Origin: Actinomycetes bacterium
GTDB taxonomy: Bacteria > Actinomycetota > Actinomycetes > JAHEKZ01
Length of the DNA: 64,000 bases
Direction: 5' to 3'
Assembly: GCA_049282455.1 (NCBI GenBank)
Contig: JBAPUB010000029.1
Coordinates: 5,176-69,175, forward strand
Positions 22,994-33,526 of this stretch are shown here, piece by piece (position 1 is the first letter of the stretch; each line of letters starts with the position of its first letter). Both the position numbers and the translations under genes were made by a program. The notes beneath the pieces were generated by a model, which saw only the letters and a list, made by a program, of their open reading frames with translations, made no database searches and was not told where the DNA came from.

Positions 22994-23974
22994 TCAGGCC
23001 GTGACGAGTCCGGCGTCCTGGGCGGCTGCCGCGGCACCGCCGTCGGCCAGGGCCGCGAGGAAGCGCTCGGCGTCCAGCGCCGCTGCGCACCCGGTGCCTG
23101 CAGCGGTGATGGCCTGTCGGTAGGTGTGGTCGACGAGGTCACCGCAGGCGAAGACGCCGGGAAGGTCGGTGTGGGTGCTGGGAGCGTCGACCAGGACGTA
23201 GCCCTCGTCGTCACGGCGCACCTGCCCGGCGACCAGGTCACTGCGGGGGTCGTGACCGATGGCGACGAACAGCCCGGTGACCGCCAGCTCGGACTCCGCG
23301 CCGGTCACGGTGTTGCGCAACCGGATACCACTCACCTTGTCCTCGCCGAGGACATCGATGACCTCGGAGTCCCAGGCGAAACCGATCTTGGGGTTGTCGA
23401 ACGCGCGCTGCTGCATGATCTTGCTCGCCCGAAGCGAGTCGCGGCGGTGGACCAAGGTGACCGAACGCGCGAACTTCGTCAAGAAGGTGGCTTCCTCGAC
23501 GGCGGAGTCGCCACCGCCGATGACAGCGATGTCCTGGTCGCGGAAGAAGAACCCGTCACACGTCGCGCACCACGAGACGCCGCGTCCGGACAGCCGCTTC
23601 TCGTTGACCAGACCGAGCTCGCGGTAGGCAGAGCCCATGGCCAAGATCACCGAGCGGGCCCGGTGCTCGTTGCCCGAGCCGTCCCGGACGATCTTCAGGT
23701 GTCCGGACAGGTCGACGGAGACGACGTCGTCGGTGACGAGCTCGGCGCCGAAACGCTTGGCCTGCTGGCGCATCTGGTCCATCAGCTCTGGGCCCATGAC
23801 ACCGTCGGAGAAGCCGGGGAAGTTCTCGACCTCGGTGGTGTTCATCAAGGCGCCGCCGGCGGTGACCGAGCCCTCGAACACCAGGGGAGCGAGGTTGGCC
23901 CGAGCGGTGTAGACGGCCGCGGTGTAGCCCGCTGGGCCTGAACCGATGATGATCACGTCACGGACGTCGGACAC
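22994..23974 (-). CDS. trxB: Thioredoxin-disulfide reductase
   Basis: 326 aa. FAD motif [12 protein letters not shown], redox-active CATC, NADPH motif. Confidence 0.95.
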   Translation of the reverse strand: MSDVRDVIIIGSGPAGYTAAVYTARANLAPLVFEGSVTAGGALMNTTEVENFPGFSDGVMGPELMDQMRQQAKRFGAELVTDDVVSVDLSGHLKIVRDGSGNEHRARSVILAMGSAYRELGLVNEKRLSGRGVSWCATCDGFFFRDQDIAVIGGGDSAVEEATFLTKFARSVTLVHRRDSLRASKIMQQRAFDNPKIGFAWDSEVIDVLGEDKVSGIRLRNTVTGAESELAVTGLFVAIGHDPRSDLVAGQVRRDDEGYVLVDAPSTHTDLPGVFACGDLVDHTYRQAITAAGTGCAAALDAERFLAALADGGAAAAAQDAGLVTA

Positions 23975-24054
23975 GAAGGCTCCCTGGTCAACGATCGGCA
24001 GACCGCACGAACGCGGATCTGCCGCTGGTGCTCACAACCGATGGTAGGGCGCGG

Positions 24055-24975
24055 TCATTCCGCCGATGTGGAGGGCGTGGCCGAAGTCGTCGGCGCGGCC
24101 GAGGCGGTGGCCAGGGCCGAGGGGCTGCCGCTCACCGTTGGGGTCGGGGTGACGACTCCCGGGCTGGGTGTGACCGGTACGAACGTGCCGTCGTCCAGCG
24201 CAGCCAGGTCGGCGGCGTTGATGACCCGGTAGTACAGCAGCGTCGCATCCGGTCCCGAGCAGTCGGGGGCGACGACGAAGACCTGGACCTGGCTGCTGTT
24301 GGTCTGGCTGGGAAGCACGACGATCAAGGCGTTCTTGGCTGCCTGCCCCGTCTGGAAGGTGGCCAGGTCGACCGCGATCGGGGTGACCGTGTCGCTTTGG
24401 GCGAGCTCGGCCACGCATGCGCGCAGGGCGGCCTCGTCGTCGACGCGGGCGTACAGGTTGGCGGTCGGCTGGTCCGTCATGGCGACGCGCGGCCCGTTCG
24501 TCTCGGCCGAGACCAGCACCGTGTTCAGCTGCGCGGGAAGCTTCTCGGTCGAGTACTGCGTACCGCTGCTCATCAGCTCGATGGGTGCCGCTGTGCTCGT
24601 GGCGTCCGCGGACTCGGCAGTGAGCACACCTGGGTCGCCAGCCGGGCCGGAGGACGACAGGTTCGACACGACGACCCCACTGACGACCAGGACGGCCGCA
24701 ACCCCGGCCGCCAGGCCGAGGGCGCGCCCGGACCATGCAAGCCGCCGGTCCGACCGGTGACGTGCCTGGGCAGTGGACGAGCCGGGTACCGGCAGGGCGC
24801 TCAGGACGGCGTCGAGGCGTGTAGCGACGTCGTCGGGCATGGGGATCGTCGGCAGCGACGCGAGCAGAGCGGAAACGTGGTCCAGCTGCTCAGGTGAGAC
24901 CGCAGTGAGCTCGTCGTCGGGGACCGCGTTCAGCGCCGGGGTCGCCTGGTCGGGAGACAGGTCGTCGGACGTCAC
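24055..24975 (-). CDS. Putative anti-sigma factor (single-TM, Pro/Thr-rich C-terminal extracytoplasmic domain)
   Basis: Overlaps the ECF sigma gene by 4 nt (translational coupling). Has one TM helix (LGLAAGVAAVLVVSGVVV), no catalytic motifs, and occupies the Rv3912 position. Confidence 0.5.
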   Translation of the reverse strand: MTSDDLSPDQATPALNAVPDDELTAVSPEQLDHVSALLASLPTIPMPDDVATRLDAVLSALPVPGSSTAQARHRSDRRLAWSGRALGLAAGVAAVLVVSGVVVSNLSSSGPAGDPGVLTAESADATSTAAPIELMSSGTQYSTEKLPAQLNTVLVSAETNGPRVAMTDQPTANLYARVDDEAALRACVAELAQSDTVTPIAVDLATFQTGQAAKNALIVVLPSQTNSSQVQVFVVAPDCSGPDATLLYYRVINAADLAALDDGTFVPVTPSPGVVTPTPTVSGSPSALATASAAPTTSATPSTSAE

Positions 24976-25607
24976 GGCGTGCCTCCTTGGGGCTCAGTGG
25001 GTGGTGGTGCCTGGGCAATGGGTCCGACGTCGTCGGGCGCGTCGAGGTTCCGCAGGGGTGCGAGCAGCGGAACGAGCTTGGCCCGGGCCCGGGCACAGCG
25101 GCTCTTGATGGTGCCGGTCGGGCACTCCAGCATGGTTGCGGCGTCCTCGACGGAGTACCCCTCGACGTCCACCAGCACGAGCGCGGCTCGCTGGTCGGGC
25201 GGCAGGGTCTGCAGGGCCCGCTCGATCTCCATCGCCCACTCACGACGGCCGAGCTGGTCGTCGGGGTCGACCGGTGTCGACGCGTCGCCCTCGGGCAGCG
25301 GGACGGTCGGGCGTGCCTTGCGGCGGCGCAGGAGGTCCAGCGAGGCGTTGACGACGATGCGGTGCAGCCAGGTGGTCACGGCGGACTCGCCGCGGAAGCC
25401 GGCTGCCGCCTTGTGCGCGGACAGCAGGGCGTCCTGCAGGGCGTCGGCGGCGTCCTCGGGGTTGCCGGTGGTGCGCAGGGCCACCCCCCAGAGCCGGTCT
25501 CGATGCCGGGTCACCAAGGCGGCGAAGGCCTCCGGGTCGCCGTCGGCGTGGGCCGAGAGCAGCTCGGCGTCGCTGGGCTCGCCGTCGGTCTGCTCGTCCA
25601 AGGTCAC
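24972..25607 (-). CDS. ECF RNA polymerase sigma factor (SigM-like)
   Basis: 211 aa with region 2 (..DALQDALLSAHKAAAGF..) and region 4 (..VDVEGYSVEDAATMLECPTGTIKSRCARARAKL) motifs, in a conserved position next to trxB-trx. Confidence 0.85.
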   Translation of the reverse strand: MTLDEQTDGEPSDAELLSAHADGDPEAFAALVTRHRDRLWGVALRTTGNPEDAADALQDALLSAHKAAAGFRGESAVTTWLHRIVVNASLDLLRRRKARPTVPLPEGDASTPVDPDDQLGRREWAMEIERALQTLPPDQRAALVLVDVEGYSVEDAATMLECPTGTIKSRCARARAKLVPLLAPLRNLDAPDDVGPIAQAPPPTEPQGGTP

Positions 25608-25632
25608 GGTGGGTCAGCGTAGAGGCTGCCGC

Positions 25633-27018
25633 TCACGAGGCCCGCACCACGACGTCGGCCACGCCGCCCTGGTAGCCGTTCTCCCCGCCGGGCAGCCCCG
25701 TGAGCCAGATCAGCACGGCGTCAGAAGGCACTGCCGGCGCGAATCGAAGAGTCAAGCGGTCCCCCGCACCGACGACCTCGGCAGCCAGGCGGTAGTCGGA
25801 CAGCTTGGTGGGGTCTGCGCGCGTGGTCAGCACCTGCAGGTCGGTCCCGCGGCCGACGAGCTCGATGTCGACACCGGACACAGGGGTGCGGTGCTTGAGA
25901 CCGAGCACCAGGCCCACGCCCTGCTTGAGGCCGCCGAGGTCGCGGGTCGTGTAGGTCACCGTGGTCCAGGCACTGGTGAGGTCTCCGTCGATGGCGGCGG
26001 CGGCCTGGTCGTCGTTCTCGGTCTGGTCGCCCTGGGGGTCGAGCACCGTGACCGAGGCGATGGGCACGCTGACCGGGGTGCCCGGCGTCGGTGAGACCGA
26101 CGTCCTGCTCGGCGACGGCTCCGCTGAGGTGACCGGGGCAGCCGTCGACCTGTCCTGCCAGACCTGCCACCCGAGGAGCACGACGCCGGCAGCCAGGATG
26201 GCGACCACGGCGAGCAGTCCCGCGATGGCCGGCCAGGATGGTCGCCCCGAGGTGTCTGGACTGTGCCTGTCCCGGGCCGAGCCGTCAGCATCGACGGTTG
26301 CAGCGAGTGCGACCGAGACGGCGGCGGCGGTGTCGAGCGGAGGGCCGTCACCGGGGAAGCCCATTGCACGCCAGGCGATCTCGTCGAGGGTCGTGGGGAC
26401 CCCGGCGCGGACCTGCCGTGGTCGGGCTGGTGCGTCGTCGACCCTGGGTGCAGCCGGCAACCCTGCGCAGGGACCGTCGGGCCAGCACCCGGTCAACGTG
26501 GCGTAGAGCAGCGCGCCGAGGCGTCGAACGTCACGCAGCGCGCCAGAGTCGTCGTCCTCTTCCTCGGCGATCGCCGCCCGGACGCCGAGCCCGGTGACGA
26601 GGGCGCCGCTCTCCCCGACAAGCACGTCACGGGGGTCGAGCACGAGATGGTGCAGTCCCGCACCGTCTGCTGCCGCGAGGGCATCGGCGATCTGTCGCAC
26701 GAGGTCTGCAGCGTCAGCGGAGCGCATGTTCCTCGCGGTGATGATGTCGGCGAGGGTGTGGGCGGCTGACCATCGGGTGACGACGAAGACGCGGCCGTCG
26801 TCGACGTCGACGTCGACAACTTGTTGGAGGTGCGGGTGCTCGACGGCGGCGGCCTTCTGTGCAGCCGTGCGGACCTTGCGCGCCCGCGGGTCGTCGCGTT
26901 CGAGAAGCATCACTCCCACGCCGCGATCGAGCACGTCGTCGTGCGCCTGCCACAGGACCCGTCCCTGACCGACGGCCACAGGCGTCAGGAGGTCATAGCG
27001 TCCGGCAAGGCGTTCCAC
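25633..27018 (-). CDS. MviN-C-terminal-like pseudokinase with TM helix and extracellular discoidin-like domain
   Basis: Kinase-like fold lacking catalytic HRD/DFG residues (..HHLVLDPRDVLVG.., ..VTGLGV..), one TM helix (WPAIAGLLAVVAILAAGVVLLGW) and an extracellular DGD..W carbohydrate-binding-like domain. Start assigned to GTG 27018, because the 568-aa track ORF would overlap the upstream NlpC/P60 gene. The start is uncertain. Confidence 0.65.
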   Translation of the reverse strand: MERLAGRYDLLTPVAVGQGRVLWQAHDDVLDRGVGVMLLERDDPRARKVRTAAQKAAAVEHPHLQQVVDVDVDDGRVFVVTRWSAAHTLADIITARNMRSADAADLVRQIADALAAADGAGLHHLVLDPRDVLVGESGALVTGLGVRAAIAEEEDDDSGALRDVRRLGALLYATLTGCWPDGPCAGLPAAPRVDDAPARPRQVRAGVPTTLDEIAWRAMGFPGDGPPLDTAAAVSVALAATVDADGSARDRHSPDTSGRPSWPAIAGLLAVVAILAAGVVLLGWQVWQDRSTAAPVTSAEPSPSRTSVSPTPGTPVSVPIASVTVLDPQGDQTENDDQAAAAIDGDLTSAWTTVTYTTRDLGGLKQGVGLVLGLKHRTPVSGVDIELVGRGTDLQVLTTRADPTKLSDYRLAAEVVGAGDRLTLRFAPAVPSDAVLIWLTGLPGGENGYQGGVADVVVRAS

Positions 27019-27055
27019 GAGCAGCGAGCCTAGGTGGTGACGGGGGCTCGGCTCG

Positions 27056-28186
27056 TCAGGGCGCGAGTCCCGGGCGGGCCACGCCGTACAACCCGTCGAA
27101 GTAGACCGGCACCACGCGCACGAAGGCGCCGGTGTGCGGAGCCTCCACCATCTGGCCGTTGCCGATGTACATCGTGATGTGGTGGATGGTGGCGGCATCC
27201 CGAGGGTCGAAGGCGTACACCAGGACGTCGCCGGGCAGCATCTGGGACACGTCCACCGGTCGGCTCGCGAAGTACTGGTCACTGGCCAGGCGAGGCAGGG
27301 ACAAGCCCGCCTGGGCGTACGCCCACTGGACGAGCCCACTGCAGTCGAACGTGTCCGGGCCTTCGTCGCCCCACACGTAGGGCGAGCCGAGCTTGGTGAG
27401 GGCAGCAGTCACGGCAGCGTCGCCGAACGGCGTGCCCGAGGCGGGCCGAGCTGTGCTGGCGGTCAGGCCATAGGCGGCGAGTGCCTGGGCGGCGGCAGCT
27501 TCGGCTGCCGCCTGTCGTTGCTGGGCCAGCTGCGCTGCCAGCTGCTCGACGCGCGAGTCGGCATCGTGGAGGGCTTGGCGGGCGGCTGCTTTCAACGAGT
27601 CGAGCTGCTTGACCAGTGCCGCCGCCTGGCCGGCCAGCTGGGCGCGCTGCTGGGCCACGACCGCCTGCCGGGCGCGCAAGGTTCGGGCCGCGTCGAACGC
27701 GGCGGTCGAGGTGTCGACCGCCGTCCCGTCCGCCTGCAGGACCTGCTGGACCGTCGTGGCCCGGCTCAGCACGTCGGAGATGTCACCGCCGTCGAGCAGC
27801 GACGAGTACAGGGCCGGGGCGCCGCCTGACATGTAGAGGGCCCGCACCCGGTTGGTCGCGGAGTCGTCGACCGATGCGCTCTGGGTGGCCAGTGCGGCCA
27901 GCTGCTGTTCGGTGCTGATGGCCCGGTTCGACGCCGAGGCCAGCTGGTCCCTGACGTAGGCCAGCCGCTCCTGCGCGCGGTCCTGCTCGCCGGAGATCCG
28001 GGCGAGGCGGGCGCGCAGCTGCTCGGCTTGGCCCTGGGCGGTCGACAAGGTTGCTGGGTCCACCGGATCCATGCGGGCCACGATGCCGGGTGAGCCGAAC
28101 GCCGGGGCGCCCTGCAGGAGTGCCGCGGACGCGGCGACGGCCACGAGACCGGTGGCAAGGCGGCGTGCGAGGCCGCGGTGGCTCAC
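27056..28186 (-). CDS. NlpC/P60 peptidoglycan endopeptidase with long N-terminal coiled-coil (RipA/RipC-like)
   Basis: Signal peptide, about 230 aa of Ala/Gln-rich coiled coil, and a C-terminal NlpC/P60 catalytic domain (DCSGLVQWAYAQAG...H...). Confidence 0.85.
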   Translation of the reverse strand: MSHRGLARRLATGLVAVAASAALLQGAPAFGSPGIVARMDPVDPATLSTAQGQAEQLRARLARISGEQDRAQERLAYVRDQLASASNRAISTEQQLAALATQSASVDDSATNRVRALYMSGGAPALYSSLLDGGDISDVLSRATTVQQVLQADGTAVDTSTAAFDAARTLRARQAVVAQQRAQLAGQAAALVKQLDSLKAAARQALHDADSRVEQLAAQLAQQRQAAAEAAAAQALAAYGLTASTARPASGTPFGDAAVTAALTKLGSPYVWGDEGPDTFDCSGLVQWAYAQAGLSLPRLASDQYFASRPVDVSQMLPGDVLVYAFDPRDAATIHHITMYIGNGQMVEAPHTGAFVRVVPVYFDGLYGVARPGLAP

Positions 28187-28617
28187 GGAAGGGAGCCCGT
28201 CGAACCAATCGGTTCGGCGTTGATCGGCACCACGATCTCGGCGTAGTGCGCCAGCGGCTTGATACGGAACAGGACCAGCGTGGGTGCCGTCTTCCGCACG
28301 TCGAAGTTGACACTTCCGTCGACGTTGAGCATGAACGTCTTCTTGGGGATCGTGGCCCCCTGTGACTCTGCGTATGCGGCGGCGGCGTTGTACGCCGCGA
28401 CTGGGTCGTGGTGCTGCTGGAAGTCACTCAGCGCGTCGTCGGCGGCCGTGGCGCCAACGTCCTGCAGCGACACGTTTGTCACGGCGATGGACAAGACCTC
28501 GAAGCCGACGATGGCCAGGAGCCCCAGCGTGACCGTCACTCTGGTCAACCAGCCCAAGACGATGCTTCCGGAGTCGCGGGCGGCACCGGAGCTCCGGGGC
28601 GAGCGGGCCGGGTCCAT
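28183..28617 (-). CDS. Small membrane protein, translationally coupled to the NlpC/P60 gene
   Basis: ATG at 28617 gives 144 aa with one TM helix (IVLGWLTRVTVTLGLLAIVGFEVLSIAV) and a small extracytoplasmic domain. It overlaps the P60 start by 4 nt. The start is uncertain. Confidence 0.4.
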   Translation of the reverse strand: MDPARSPRSSGAARDSGSIVLGWLTRVTVTLGLLAIVGFEVLSIAVTNVSLQDVGATAADDALSDFQQHHDPVAAYNAAAAYAESQGATIPKKTFMLNVDGSVNFDVRKTAPTLVLFRIKPLAHYAEIVVPINAEPIGSTGSLP

Positions 28618-28696
28618 GTCTGGACTGTCGGCGTAGGTTGCGGCGTTCTTGAGCGGCAGGAGGGTTGGGCTGCCAACCCGGCACGGGACAGCAGCG

Positions 28697-29068
28697 TCAG
28701 GCGGGTGCCCACAGGGCGTTGAGGATCCTCCAGTGCTCGTCGACGAGAACCAGCTGCAGGTAGTCGACGTAGATGGCACCGCTTGCGTGCGCCGTTGCTA
28801 TCGATCCCTGGACGTGGTCGACACAGATGTCCACGCGACGCTCGTCTGGGTCCTCGCGCCGGCCCAGTCCCTCGGCTGCCCCGTCGATCATCTCTCGTGC
28901 GGTGATCGTCTCGACCACTTGGTCGTCCTCAAGGGATCGCTTGGCCAGGTCGGGGTGGAGGGCGCTCGCCATTCGGGCAGCGTCACCGTCGAACCAGCCT
29001 TCGTAGTAGTCGAGGACAGTTGCGAGGATCGCCGCGCGGGCGTCGTCGGCTGTTGCGGTGTCGTTCAT
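28697..29068 (-). CDS. SnoaL-like / NTF2-fold protein
   Basis: 123 aa from ATG 29068. ...AAILATVLDYYEGWFDGDAARMASALHPD... is a typical NTF2-like pattern. Its start overlaps the upstream hydrolase stop by 4 nt. Confidence 0.55.
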   Translation of the reverse strand: MNDTATADDARAAILATVLDYYEGWFDGDAARMASALHPDLAKRSLEDDQVVETITAREMIDGAAEGLGRREDPDERRVDICVDHVQGSIATAHASGAIYVDYLQLVLVDEHWRILNALWAPA

Positions 29069-29955
29069 CGGGCTCCTCCGGGACGAGCGGCAAGCAGGAA
29101 GTCGTCGATGCATGGGTTGACCACCTCAGGGACTCGGCATTGAGGCTCGTGCCCGCTGCCGGCCATCACCACGAGCTCGGACCCGGCGAGCCGCGCCAGC
29201 TCCTCGCCGCGAGTGACGGGAGTGATGGCGTCCGCGTCGCCGTGGATGACCAGCGACGGACACCGGATGCGGGTCGCAAACGCCCGGGCCATCTCCTCGG
29301 TCAGGTCGTTCTCCTCCGTGCCTTGCGTCGCAAGCAGCACTTCGGGCGTGGTCTGCAGGCCCATCCTGAGGAAGTGATCGATCTGCTCCTGCGAACCGGT
29401 CTCGGTGAAGCACTGCGAGAAGAAGAACCTCAGGAAGTCCTCGTACTCCGTGAGCCAGTAGTGGCGGTTCCACCGGGCCCAGCCCTGATAGGAGGGCAGC
29501 ACGGCCTCGAACGTGCGGGCTGCGGCGACTTGATCGGGGTGCTCGGGTGCGAGTGGGACGTTTGGTGCGATGAAGACAGCAGCAGAGATCCGCTCCGGAT
29601 GGCGAGCGGCCAACGCCAGTGCCCAGGGACCACCTTGCGAGACGCCCGCGACAGCAGCTTGGGCGACGCCACGAGCGTCGAGGACCGCGACCGCGTCCTC
29701 AGCGACGAGGAGGTCCCCGTACCTGCGCGCATCGGTGGGGCGGTCCGAGGCACCGTTGCCCAGACCGTCGAAGGCGATCACCCGGTAACGCTCGGCGAAG
29801 TACGGCACCTGATGGCGCCAGAAGTCGCTGTGCACGATCGACCACGTCGGAAGCAGCAAGAGGACGTCGGGGCCAGAGCCGAACTCCTGCCAGGCGATCC
29901 GCTGACCCTCTCGAGAGACGTAGCCCGCGGTTACGGGCTCACCGTCGACCACCAT
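29065..29955 (-). CDS. Alpha/beta-fold hydrolase
   Basis: 296 aa with nucleophile elbow GVSQGG and a C-terminal His (GSGHEP). Confidence 0.8.
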   Translation of the reverse strand: MVVDGEPVTAGYVSREGQRIAWQEFGSGPDVLLLLPTWSIVHSDFWRHQVPYFAERYRVIAFDGLGNGASDRPTDARRYGDLLVAEDAVAVLDARGVAQAAVAGVSQGGPWALALAARHPERISAAVFIAPNVPLAPEHPDQVAAARTFEAVLPSYQGWARWNRHYWLTEYEDFLRFFFSQCFTETGSQEQIDHFLRMGLQTTPEVLLATQGTEENDLTEEMARAFATRIRCPSLVIHGDADAITPVTRGEELARLAGSELVVMAGSGHEPQCRVPEVVNPCIDDFLLAARPGGAR

Positions 29956-30007
29956 CGAACCTCCCAGGAGTTGCGGGTCGTGAGCCGCGTCGCTTGCTCG
30001 TTGTGCG

Positions 30008-30397
30008 TCAGGGGGCGGTCGCCATGACGCCGATGGAGATCCGCACGTCCGACAGCCGATCCGGCAGCGGGAGCATCGCCCCGTGCCGCGCGGGTGGGTC
30101 GACGGTGAACCACCGACCCCACTCCTCGTTGAAGCCGTCGAAGTCGTCGGGGTTTCTCAACGACCAGATGGCCCAGACGACGTCCGCGAGAGTGCTCCCG
30201 GCCGCGAACAGCGCCGCCTCGACGTTGCGCAGGCACTGTGCGGTCTGCTCCTGGATCGTCGACCCGACAATGACGCCCGTCGCGGCATCGATCGGACCCA
30301 TCCCGGACACGTAGACCATGCCCCCGGCCTTCACCGCCTGGCTGTAGCCCGCGAGACCCGCCGGAGCGTTGGGCGTGGTGATGATCGTCTTGGGCAT
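30008..30397 (-). CDS. RidA-family (YjgF/TdcF) reactive-intermediate deaminase
   Basis: 129 aa with the characteristic RidA fold sequence (..AGYSQAVKAGGMVYVSGMGPID..). Confidence 0.85.
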   Translation of the reverse strand: MPKTIITTPNAPAGLAGYSQAVKAGGMVYVSGMGPIDAATGVIVGSTIQEQTAQCLRNVEAALFAAGSTLADVVWAIWSLRNPDDFDGFNEEWGRWFTVDPPARHGAMLPLPDRLSDVRISIGVMATAP

Positions 30398-30612
30398 GTC
30401 GACGCCTCCTGTAGCGGCCCGGAACGCTGCCGGACTGACCCGTGCCTCGGGTCCGCGACAACGGCGACGAATCTACGCCGCCCAGCAGGGAGGCGAGCCG
30501 GAACGCATCACGTCGCCGTGGCGGATACTGGGCGGTGACGAGCCGCTGTCGATGCTCAGGGCACTGCCCGCTGCGCGGCGCGACGCCGCCACACGGCGAG
30601 GGAGGTGACGCG

Positions 30613-33438
30613 ATGGCCGGAGGCGAGGCGACGAACGGCCGGGCCGCACCTGCAGCAAGTGGTGAGTCGGTGGACACTGTCGTGGCGACCGAGCCGCTCA
30701 AGCTTCTCTTCCGCGACCTGAGCTCGAACCCTCGCGGTCTGTCGGAACGTGAGGCGGCACGGCGCCTCGAGGAGTACGGGCCCAACGAGCTGCGTCGCGC
30801 CGCACGGCGCAACCCCTGGTTGTACCTGGTTGACCAGCTCGTGCACCCGCTCGCGCTCCTGCTGTGGGTGGCCGCGGGGCTCGCCCTCGTCATCAAGGCC
30901 CCCGTGCTCGCGGGCGCGATCGTGGTCGTCATCATCCTCAACGCGGTGTTCGCGTTCGTCCAGGAGCGGCAGGGCGAGCAGGCAGTCGAGGCATTGGCGC
31001 GCTACCTGCCGCAGCAGGCTGTCGTCCGGCGGGACGGTCACCACCGCGACGTCTCGGCCCGGGAGCTTGTGCCCGGTGACGTCATCGAGCTCACCGAGGG
31101 CGATCGCGTGAGCGCGGACGCTCGCCTCATCGATGGGTCGCTCGAGGTGGACCTCTCGACGATCAACGGGGAGTCCCTTCCGGCGTTTCGCTCCGCCTCG
31201 GCACCGGACTCCGGCGGGCCCCTGCTCCAGGCCGCCACGCTCGTCTTCAGCGGCACGACGTGCACCGGCGGAGACGCCGTGGCGATCGTCGTGCGGACGG
31301 GGATGCACACCGAGCTCGGTCGCATCGCAACGCTGTCACAGAGGGTCGTCCGCGAGCCGAGCCCGCTCGAGGTGCAGGTGCGCAAAGTCGCGTGGCTCAT
31401 CGCAGGCGTGGGCATCGCGGCTGCACTTGTGTTCATCCCGATCGGCGTCGTCATGGCAGGGCTTTCGCTGCCTGACGCCGTCAGCTTCGCGATCGGCCTC
31501 ATCGTCGCGAACGTGCCGGAAGGTCTGCTGCCGACCATCACGCTCGCGCTCGCAGTGGCGGTCCGCGACCTCGCCCGCAACGGCGCGCTGGTCAAGCGGC
31601 TGTCGGCGGTGGAGACGCTGGGATCCACCAGCGTCATCTGCACCGACAAGACCGGGACCCTCACGGAGAACCGTATGCACGCCGTCCTGGTCTGGACCCC
31701 AGCAGGCGAGCAGTGGCTGGGCGGGGCACCGCTGACGGACAGCGAGACGACACGGCTGCGACCGCTTGCGCAGGTGATCGCGTCGTGCAACACCGCCGAG
31801 CTGGCGCCGGACATCGACCCGAGCCTCGCCGTCGCACCAGGCGCGGGGACGCTCGGCACCGGAGACCCCACCGAGGTGGCGCTGCTCGCGGCCGCTGGAC
31901 TTCTGGGTGCGGACGTCGACCCTGGGCGCCGCATGGCCGGGCGCCTCGCGATGTTCCACTTCGACCCCGAGCGTCGGCTCATGACTACGGTCGACGAAGG
32001 GCCACGTGGGGCCGTCGTCCACACCAAGGGCGCTCCTGAGGAGGTGCTCGCGCGCAGCGTTGCCGTGCTCGACCCAGTGCACGGCGAAGTAATGATCGAC
32101 GACGCGCGGCGAAGCGAGCTCATGGCGGCCATCCCGCGATACGCCAGCCGCGGACTGCGGCTGATCGCCGCCGGCTACCGCGAGCTCGGCCCTGAAGCCG
32201 CGGTGCCACAGGACCGGGACGAGACCGAGAGTGGACTCACCATCGTCGGCTTCGTCGCGCTCCTCGACCCCGCGCGGCCGGAGGTGCGTCCAGCGGTCGA
32301 GCGCTGCCACGCGGCCGGCCTGCGCATCATCGTGCTCACTGGTGACCACCGACTCACCGCAGGAGAGATCGCGCGCGAGGTTGGCATCGGCAGTCCAGAC
32401 GTGGACCCGGTGAACGGCGACGAGCTCGACCAGCTCACGGACGCGGAGTTCGACGCGCTGCTCGACGGCGACGACGAGCTGGTGATCGCCCGCACGTCGG
32501 CCGAGATGAAGATGCGTGTGGCCGAGTCGTTGCAGTCGACCGGCCACGTCGTGGCAATGACCGGGGACGGTGTCAACGATGCACCCGCGCTTCGACGTGC
32601 AGACATCGGCATCGCGATGGGACGGACCGGCACCGATGTAGCACGAGAAGCAGCGACGATGGTGCTCACCGACGACAACTTCCGGACCATCGCGATGGCG
32701 GTCGAGGGCGGTCGCCGCGTGTACGACAATGTGAGGAAGTTCGTCCTCTACATCTTCGCGCACGCAACGCCGGAGGTCGTGCCCTTCCTCATCTACGCGA
32801 TGTCAGGTGGCCGGGTCCCGTTGCCGATCACCGTGCTGCAGATCCTGGCGATCGACATTGGCACCGAGACGTTGCCAGCGCTCGCGCTCGGCCGGGAGCG
32901 CGCTGAGCCCGGCCTCATGGATCGACCCCCACGTCCGAGCAGCGAGAAGCTGATCCAACGCAGACTGCTCGTCCGGGCCTGGGCGCTGCTCGGTGGCGTG
33001 TCCGCGGTACTGGTCACCGCTGGATTCTTCTGGACTCTCAGCGCTGGCGGCTGGACCCTCGGTGCCGACGTTGCGGTGGGGAGCCCGCTCCACGACACCT
33101 ACCTGCAGGCCACCACGATGACATTCCTCGGCATCGTCGCCTGCCAGGTGGGCACGGCGTTCGCTGCTCGCACCGACCACGCCTCGCTGGCGTCGATCGG
33201 CGTATTTAGCAACCGCTTGCTGCTCTGGGGCATCGCCTTCGAGCTCGTCTTCGCCGCGGCCATCGTCGCCCTCCCGGGCGTGAGCGAGGTGCTTGGGATG
33301 CGATGGCCGCCCGCTGCGCAGCTGGCGGTCCTGCCGTTCTTCGCGGTCGCGGTCTGGGGAGTCGACGAGATCGTCCGCTGGCTGCGCCGCGGCGTGTCCG
33401 GCCGCCGATCGCTGAGCCGAGCCAGCGCCGAGGAGTGA
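30613..33438 (+). CDS. P2-type cation-transporting P-type ATPase (Ca2+/cation pump-like)
   Basis: ATG at 30613 with a GGAGGTGA SD 5 nt upstream. DKTGTLT phosphorylation motif, TM4 PEGL motif, [10 protein letters not shown] hinge, about 10 TM helices. The track ORF 30442 is a spurious 5' extension. Confidence 0.9.
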   Translation: MAGGEATNGRAAPAASGESVDTVVATEPLKLLFRDLSSNPRGLSEREAARRLEEYGPNELRRAARRNPWLYLVDQLVHPLALLLWVAAGLALVIKAPVLAGAIVVVIILNAVFAFVQERQGEQAVEALARYLPQQAVVRRDGHHRDVSARELVPGDVIELTEGDRVSADARLIDGSLEVDLSTINGESLPAFRSASAPDSGGPLLQAATLVFSGTTCTGGDAVAIVVRTGMHTELGRIATLSQRVVREPSPLEVQVRKVAWLIAGVGIAAALVFIPIGVVMAGLSLPDAVSFAIGLIVANVPEGLLPTITLALAVAVRDLARNGALVKRLSAVETLGSTSVICTDKTGTLTENRMHAVLVWTPAGEQWLGGAPLTDSETTRLRPLAQVIASCNTAELAPDIDPSLAVAPGAGTLGTGDPTEVALLAAAGLLGADVDPGRRMAGRLAMFHFDPERRLMTTVDEGPRGAVVHTKGAPEEVLARSVAVLDPVHGEVMIDDARRSELMAAIPRYASRGLRLIAAGYRELGPEAAVPQDRDETESGLTIVGFVALLDPARPEVRPAVERCHAAGLRIIVLTGDHRLTAGEIAREVGIGSPDVDPVNGDELDQLTDAEFDALLDGDDELVIARTSAEMKMRVAESLQSTGHVVAMTGDGVNDAPALRRADIGIAMGRTGTDVAREAATMVLTDDNFRTIAMAVEGGRRVYDNVRKFVLYIFAHATPEVVPFLIYAMSGGRVPLPITVLQILAIDIGTETLPALALGRERAEPGLMDRPPRPSSEKLIQRRLLVRAWALLGGVSAVLVTAGFFWTLSAGGWTLGADVAVGSPLHDTYLQATTMTFLGIVACQVGTAFAARTDHASLASIGVFSNRLLLWGIAFELVFAAAIVALPGVSEVLGMRWPPAAQLAVLPFFAVAVWGVDEIVRWLRRGVSGRRSLSRASAEE

Positions 33439-33526
33439 TCGGCTCTTTGAGGCACCTAGGTCAACCTGATGTCGGCGCAGCCCATGACGGAAGTGGTGAT
33501 CGTGGGTTCGCGTGGGCCTTGGGGGA

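Noticed and set aside
28618-28779. Considered whether the region upstream of the P60-coupled small ORF is a ydaO (c-di-AMP) riboswitch, as is common upstream of actinobacterial NlpC/P60 and rpf genes
   Set aside because: Only about 80 nt of non-coding sequence is available, and I could not recognise the conserved ydaO pseudo-symmetric core by eye. A covariance-model search would be needed.
30442-30612. Upstream extension of the P-type ATPase ORF (track start 30442), with similar 5' extensions on the pseudokinase (to 27339), MBL hydrolase (to 34624), Rv3909-like gene (to 38372), MCP (to 40512), cca (from 40070), ino1 (to 44176), xthA (to 52749), trx (to 23241) and dnaB (from 61138)
   Set aside because: The extensions are Arg-rich, low-complexity or non-homologous, and would overlap neighbouring genes. 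Internal ATG/GTG codons with SD sequences, and the homology, begin further in.
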